A stretch of 64,000 nt of DNA from Polyangia bacterium (GTDB lineage Bacteria > Myxococcota_A > Polyangia > Palsa-1104 > JAEUJZ01), in contig JAXLYE010000002.1 of assembly GCA_046351595.1 (NCBI GenBank), positions 1,304,022-1,368,021 on the forward strand. Reading direction: 5' to 3'. The notes under the pieces were generated by a model. It did not search any database and was not told the DNA's origin. It was given only the letters and a program-made list of their open reading frames with translations. Positions 61,657 to 64,000 of the stretch are shown in pieces. Position numbers and translations under genes: made by a program. Position 1 is the first letter of the stretch. The number at the start of each line of letters is the position of its first letter.

Positions 61657-62727
61657 CTAGCGCGGCAGGCGCTGCGAGTACGCGAGGCCGAGGTATGCGG
61701 TGTGCCGCTGGTACGACGGGCCGGCGTCGCGGGGCAGGCTGAAGAAGCCGGTGTAGCGGGCGCTCACCGCGAAGCCGCGGCCGAGCGGGCGCTCCAGGTC
61801 GAGCAGCGCCAGCGAGCGGTTGTCATCGTCGACGTTGCCGGCGGGCACGAACAGCCCGGCGGTGCCGGACAAGAGGTTCAGCTGCCCCTTGGCCGTCACG
61901 TACAGGTCGCCGGGCAGGCGGAAGGCCAGCTTGAGCAGCGGCAGGTGGCGCTGGTAGCTCTCCTGGGCCTTGCTGCTGAAGTTGAGCTGCGCGGTGTAGC
62001 CGAGCTGCAGCAGCACCGGCCCCTGCCACGTCGCGGCGCCGCCGAGCTGCAGGAACAGGTCGGTGCGCGCGCCCATGTAGCCGCGGTACTCGAAGCGGGC
62101 GTGGCTCGTCAGGTCGAAGTCGTGGCCGAGCTCGGGGTCGCCGGCGTGCAGGTGCGCCCCGAAGCGGCCGGTCACTGACGGCGCCAGGAAGCTGAACCCG
62201 GAGTCGGGCTTGTACTGGAAGAGCTGGCCGCCGACGTCGAGGCCGCCCTCGATGCGGTGCCGCTCGCCCAGCGGTCGCGCGGCGAGCAGGCGCAGTGCCG
62301 CCTGCAGCGAGCGCAGGTCGCGGCTCTCCTCGGGCGCGGCCGGCGCCTGGAACGCGTCGTAGTAGTCGATCGCGCCGGTCAGCCGCACCCGCTCGAGCTG
62401 CGCGCCGTGCTCGTAGCCGAGCTGCACGACGCCGACGTTCTGGTCCTGCAGCGTCGGCAGGAGGTAGATCTTGCCGCCGGCGCTGAGCTGCACGCGCAGC
62501 CGCTGCCGCGGACCGGCGTAGGCAAGCGAGCCGCTGGCCAGCGCGCGCACGAGCGGCCCGGCGCGCGGCTGCAGGGTCGGCGGTGTCGTCGGCGGCGTCG
62601 TCGGCGGCTCGACCGCGACGCGGCTGGCGTTGCTGTCGTACTCGGCCCCGACGTCGGCGGTGACCGTGCCGCGCAGCGCCGCGGGCTGCAGCGCAGCGAA
62701 GACGAGCAGGCCGGCCCAGGCAGACAT
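61657..62727 (-). CDS. Putative outer-membrane beta-barrel protein
   Basis: It has a signal peptide MSAWAGLLVFAALQPAALRG, alternating beta-strand-like segments and a C-terminal aromatic-rich end. The in-frame 5' extension upstream is an (LRQR)n translation of a non-coding repeat, so the start is set at 62727. Confidence 0.55.
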   Translation of the reverse strand: MSAWAGLLVFAALQPAALRGTVTADVGAEYDSNASRVAVEPPTTPPTTPPTLQPRAGPLVRALASGSLAYAGPRQRLRVQLSAGGKIYLLPTLQDQNVGVVQLGYEHGAQLERVRLTGAIDYYDAFQAPAAPEESRDLRSLQAALRLLAARPLGERHRIEGGLDVGGQLFQYKPDSGFSFLAPSVTGRFGAHLHAGDPELGHDFDLTSHARFEYRGYMGARTDLFLQLGGAATWQGPVLLQLGYTAQLNFSSKAQESYQRHLPLLKLAFRLPGDLYVTAKGQLNLLSGTAGLFVPAGNVDDDNRSLALLDLERPLGRGFAVSARYTGFFSLPRDAGPSYQRHTAYLGLAYSQRLPR

Positions 62728-62766
62728 CGCGGCGCAGGATACCGCAAGCCCGCGCTGCCTCAGCCG

Positions 62767-62817
62767 TAGTCTCTGCCGCAGTCTCAGCCGCAGTCTCTGC
62801 CGTAGTCTCTGCCGTAG
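62767..62817. repeat. 12-bp tandem repeat x4 (yagtctcwgccg) in the divergent promoter region
   Basis: Direct reading. Confidence 0.8.
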
Positions 62818-62906
62818 CTTTGGGCACGGCTTTTGTGCCTCGCGGTCCGCGGCCCGCGCCCGCTGCCCGCTTGACACCCCGGGCCCGTCGGAACTATGAC
62901 GCGAGC

Positions 62907-64000
62907 ATGAGGCTTCCCTACGCCCCGTCGAGCCGCAAGCCCGTCCGTGCCGCCCGCCTGCTCGGTGTCCCCGGTGTTTGTGACTCGCGCGGCGGTGCCC
63001 GTCGTGGTACGGGCGCGGCCGCGGCTGCGCGGTGGCTGGTGCTCGGCGCGCTCGGGCTCGGCCTGGGCTGCTTCGCGGCCGGCTGCGGCGAGGGCGGCCG
63101 GGCGCGCTTCGGCACCAGCCTGTTCGTCGGCGCCGACTTCAACGGCTGGTCCAAGAGCGATCCGGCGGCCGAGCTGATCTGGGACGGCGAGCGCTACCGC
63201 GGCGTGGTCACGCTGCCCGGCGACGAGCTGGAGCTGCGGCTGTACGCGCCGACGACGGACCTGCTCATCGGCCACCCGCGCGGCACCGTGGCGCAGGCCG
63301 TGCCGTCGACGTCGCAGGTGGTGGCGGGCGAGGCCGACGTGGCGCTGCTGCGGCTCGCGGTGCCGCTGCTCGCGCGCTACGAGCTGTCGCTGTCCCCGCA
63401 GAGCGGCGAGCTGCACATCGACCTCGCGCCCGACGCCGAGAGCCAGCAGGGGCCGGCCGCGGCGGCGCTGGTGCAGGCGCTGCGCGGCGCCGATCGCGCG
63501 TCCCCGTCCGAGCAGAAGCAGCGCGCCGCCGACCTGCGCGACACGCTCACGCGCCTGGCCGCCGAGACGCCGCTGGTGTGGGAGGGCGGCGAGGGCACGG
63601 CGCACCGCGGCCTGACGTTTCTGCACCTGGGCGCCGTCGACCACAGCGAGCTCTCGATCGTCGGCGACTTCAACGGCTGGGGCGCCCCGAGCGACCGCAT
63701 GACCTTCGTGCTCGACGGCACCGTCGCCTACCGCGGCCGCCGCGCCGCCGGGGCGCGCCTGGAGTACCGCTTCGACCTGCACGGCCAGCGCTACGCCGAC
63801 CCGCGCAACCCCGAGGTCGCCTGGGACGGGCGCGTGCTGCCGCCGTCGCCGAGCAACATCCTGGGCGGCAACGTCGGCGAGCTGAACTCGGTCGCCTACG
63901 CGCCCGGCTACGTCGAGATGGGGCCGCGCCTGCGCCGCCTGCCGCTGCCCCCGGACGCGCCGAGCCCCGAGGTGCTGGTCCACCTGCCGGCCGGCTACGC
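62907..64000 (+). CDS. Lipoprotein with two CBM48/E-set-like glycan-binding modules followed by a putative esterase domain (3' end outside the window)
   Basis: This ORF is open to the window end and is absent from the ORF track, which lists only ORFs terminated inside the window. The lipobox is LGLGLGC. Two DFNGW modules are typical of CBM48. VLVHLPAGY is typical of the esterase-D/enterochelin-esterase family N-terminus. Confidence 0.6.
   Translation, partial: MRLPYAPSSRKPVRAARLLGVPGVCDSRGGARRGTGAAAAARWLVLGALGLGLGCFAAGCGEGGRARFGTSLFVGADFNGWSKSDPAAELIWDGERYRGVVTLPGDELELRLYAPTTDLLIGHPRGTVAQAVPSTSQVVAGEADVALLRLAVPLLARYELSLSPQSGELHIDLAPDAESQQGPAAAALVQALRGADRASPSEQKQRAADLRDTLTRLAAETPLVWEGGEGTAHRGLTFLHLGAVDHSELSIVGDFNGWGAPSDRMTFVLDGTVAYRGRRAAGARLEYRFDLHGQRYADPRNPEVAWDGRVLPPSPSNILGGNVGELNSVAYAPGYVEMGPRLRRLPLPPDAPSPEVLVHLPAGY

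Overview
This window is about 72% GC, and its Myxococcota-type markers (a MYXO-CTERM sorting signal, OmpA with thrombospondin type-3 repeats, long Ser/Thr-kinase-TPR proteins, a sigma54 promoter) point to a myxobacterial chromosome. Coding density is high. Many long ORFs lie antisense to real genes, as expected at this GC content, and I rejected them.

Recognisable content from 5' to 3':
- a partial ORF carrying a CxxCH motif;
- a sigma54-driven PilZ plus pseudo-receiver gene;
- OmpA/TSP3 and MYXO-CTERM surface proteins;
- an isolated tandem Get3/ArsA-like ATPase with a CxxC motif in both halves, flanked by two unusually long repeat- and palindrome-rich non-coding regions;
- hemG;
- a complete but non-canonical cbb3 oxidase locus on the minus strand (ccoI-ccoS-fused ccoNO-ccoQ-monoheme ccoP-ccoG-DsbD_2-like-PAS histidine kinase), with CBS and UspA genes upstream;
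- a CoA-transferase gene preceded by a helically phased array of seven TGAAAC repeats;
- an OmpR-type two-component system plus a czcCBA-like heavy-metal RND efflux module whose 3' end abuts a Ser/Thr kinase-STAND-TPR gene that has lost its N-terminal kinase lobe;
- a complete glycogen-to-trehalose cluster (malQ, treS-pep2 fusion, treX-treY fusion, treZ);
- housekeeping genes mrp/apbC, ribA, def and ygiQ;
- an NtrC-like regulator, a PP2C phosphatase and cinA;
- a translationally coupled operon of a zinc-ribbon membrane protein, a double-GNAT acetyltransferase and an NDP-sugar pyrophosphorylase;
- a small membrane protein bracketed by AT-rich direct repeats, a thioredoxin-like [2Fe-2S] ferredoxin, an outer-membrane protein, and a partial CBM48-esterase lipoprotein.

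A recurring oddity is short tandem minisatellites of 12 to 21 bp. Several are in-frame inside conserved proteins (the receiver domain of the NtrC-like regulator, CinA, CcoP, the PAS kinase) and several sit in promoters. I found no tRNA, rRNA, CRISPR, transposase or integrase genes.
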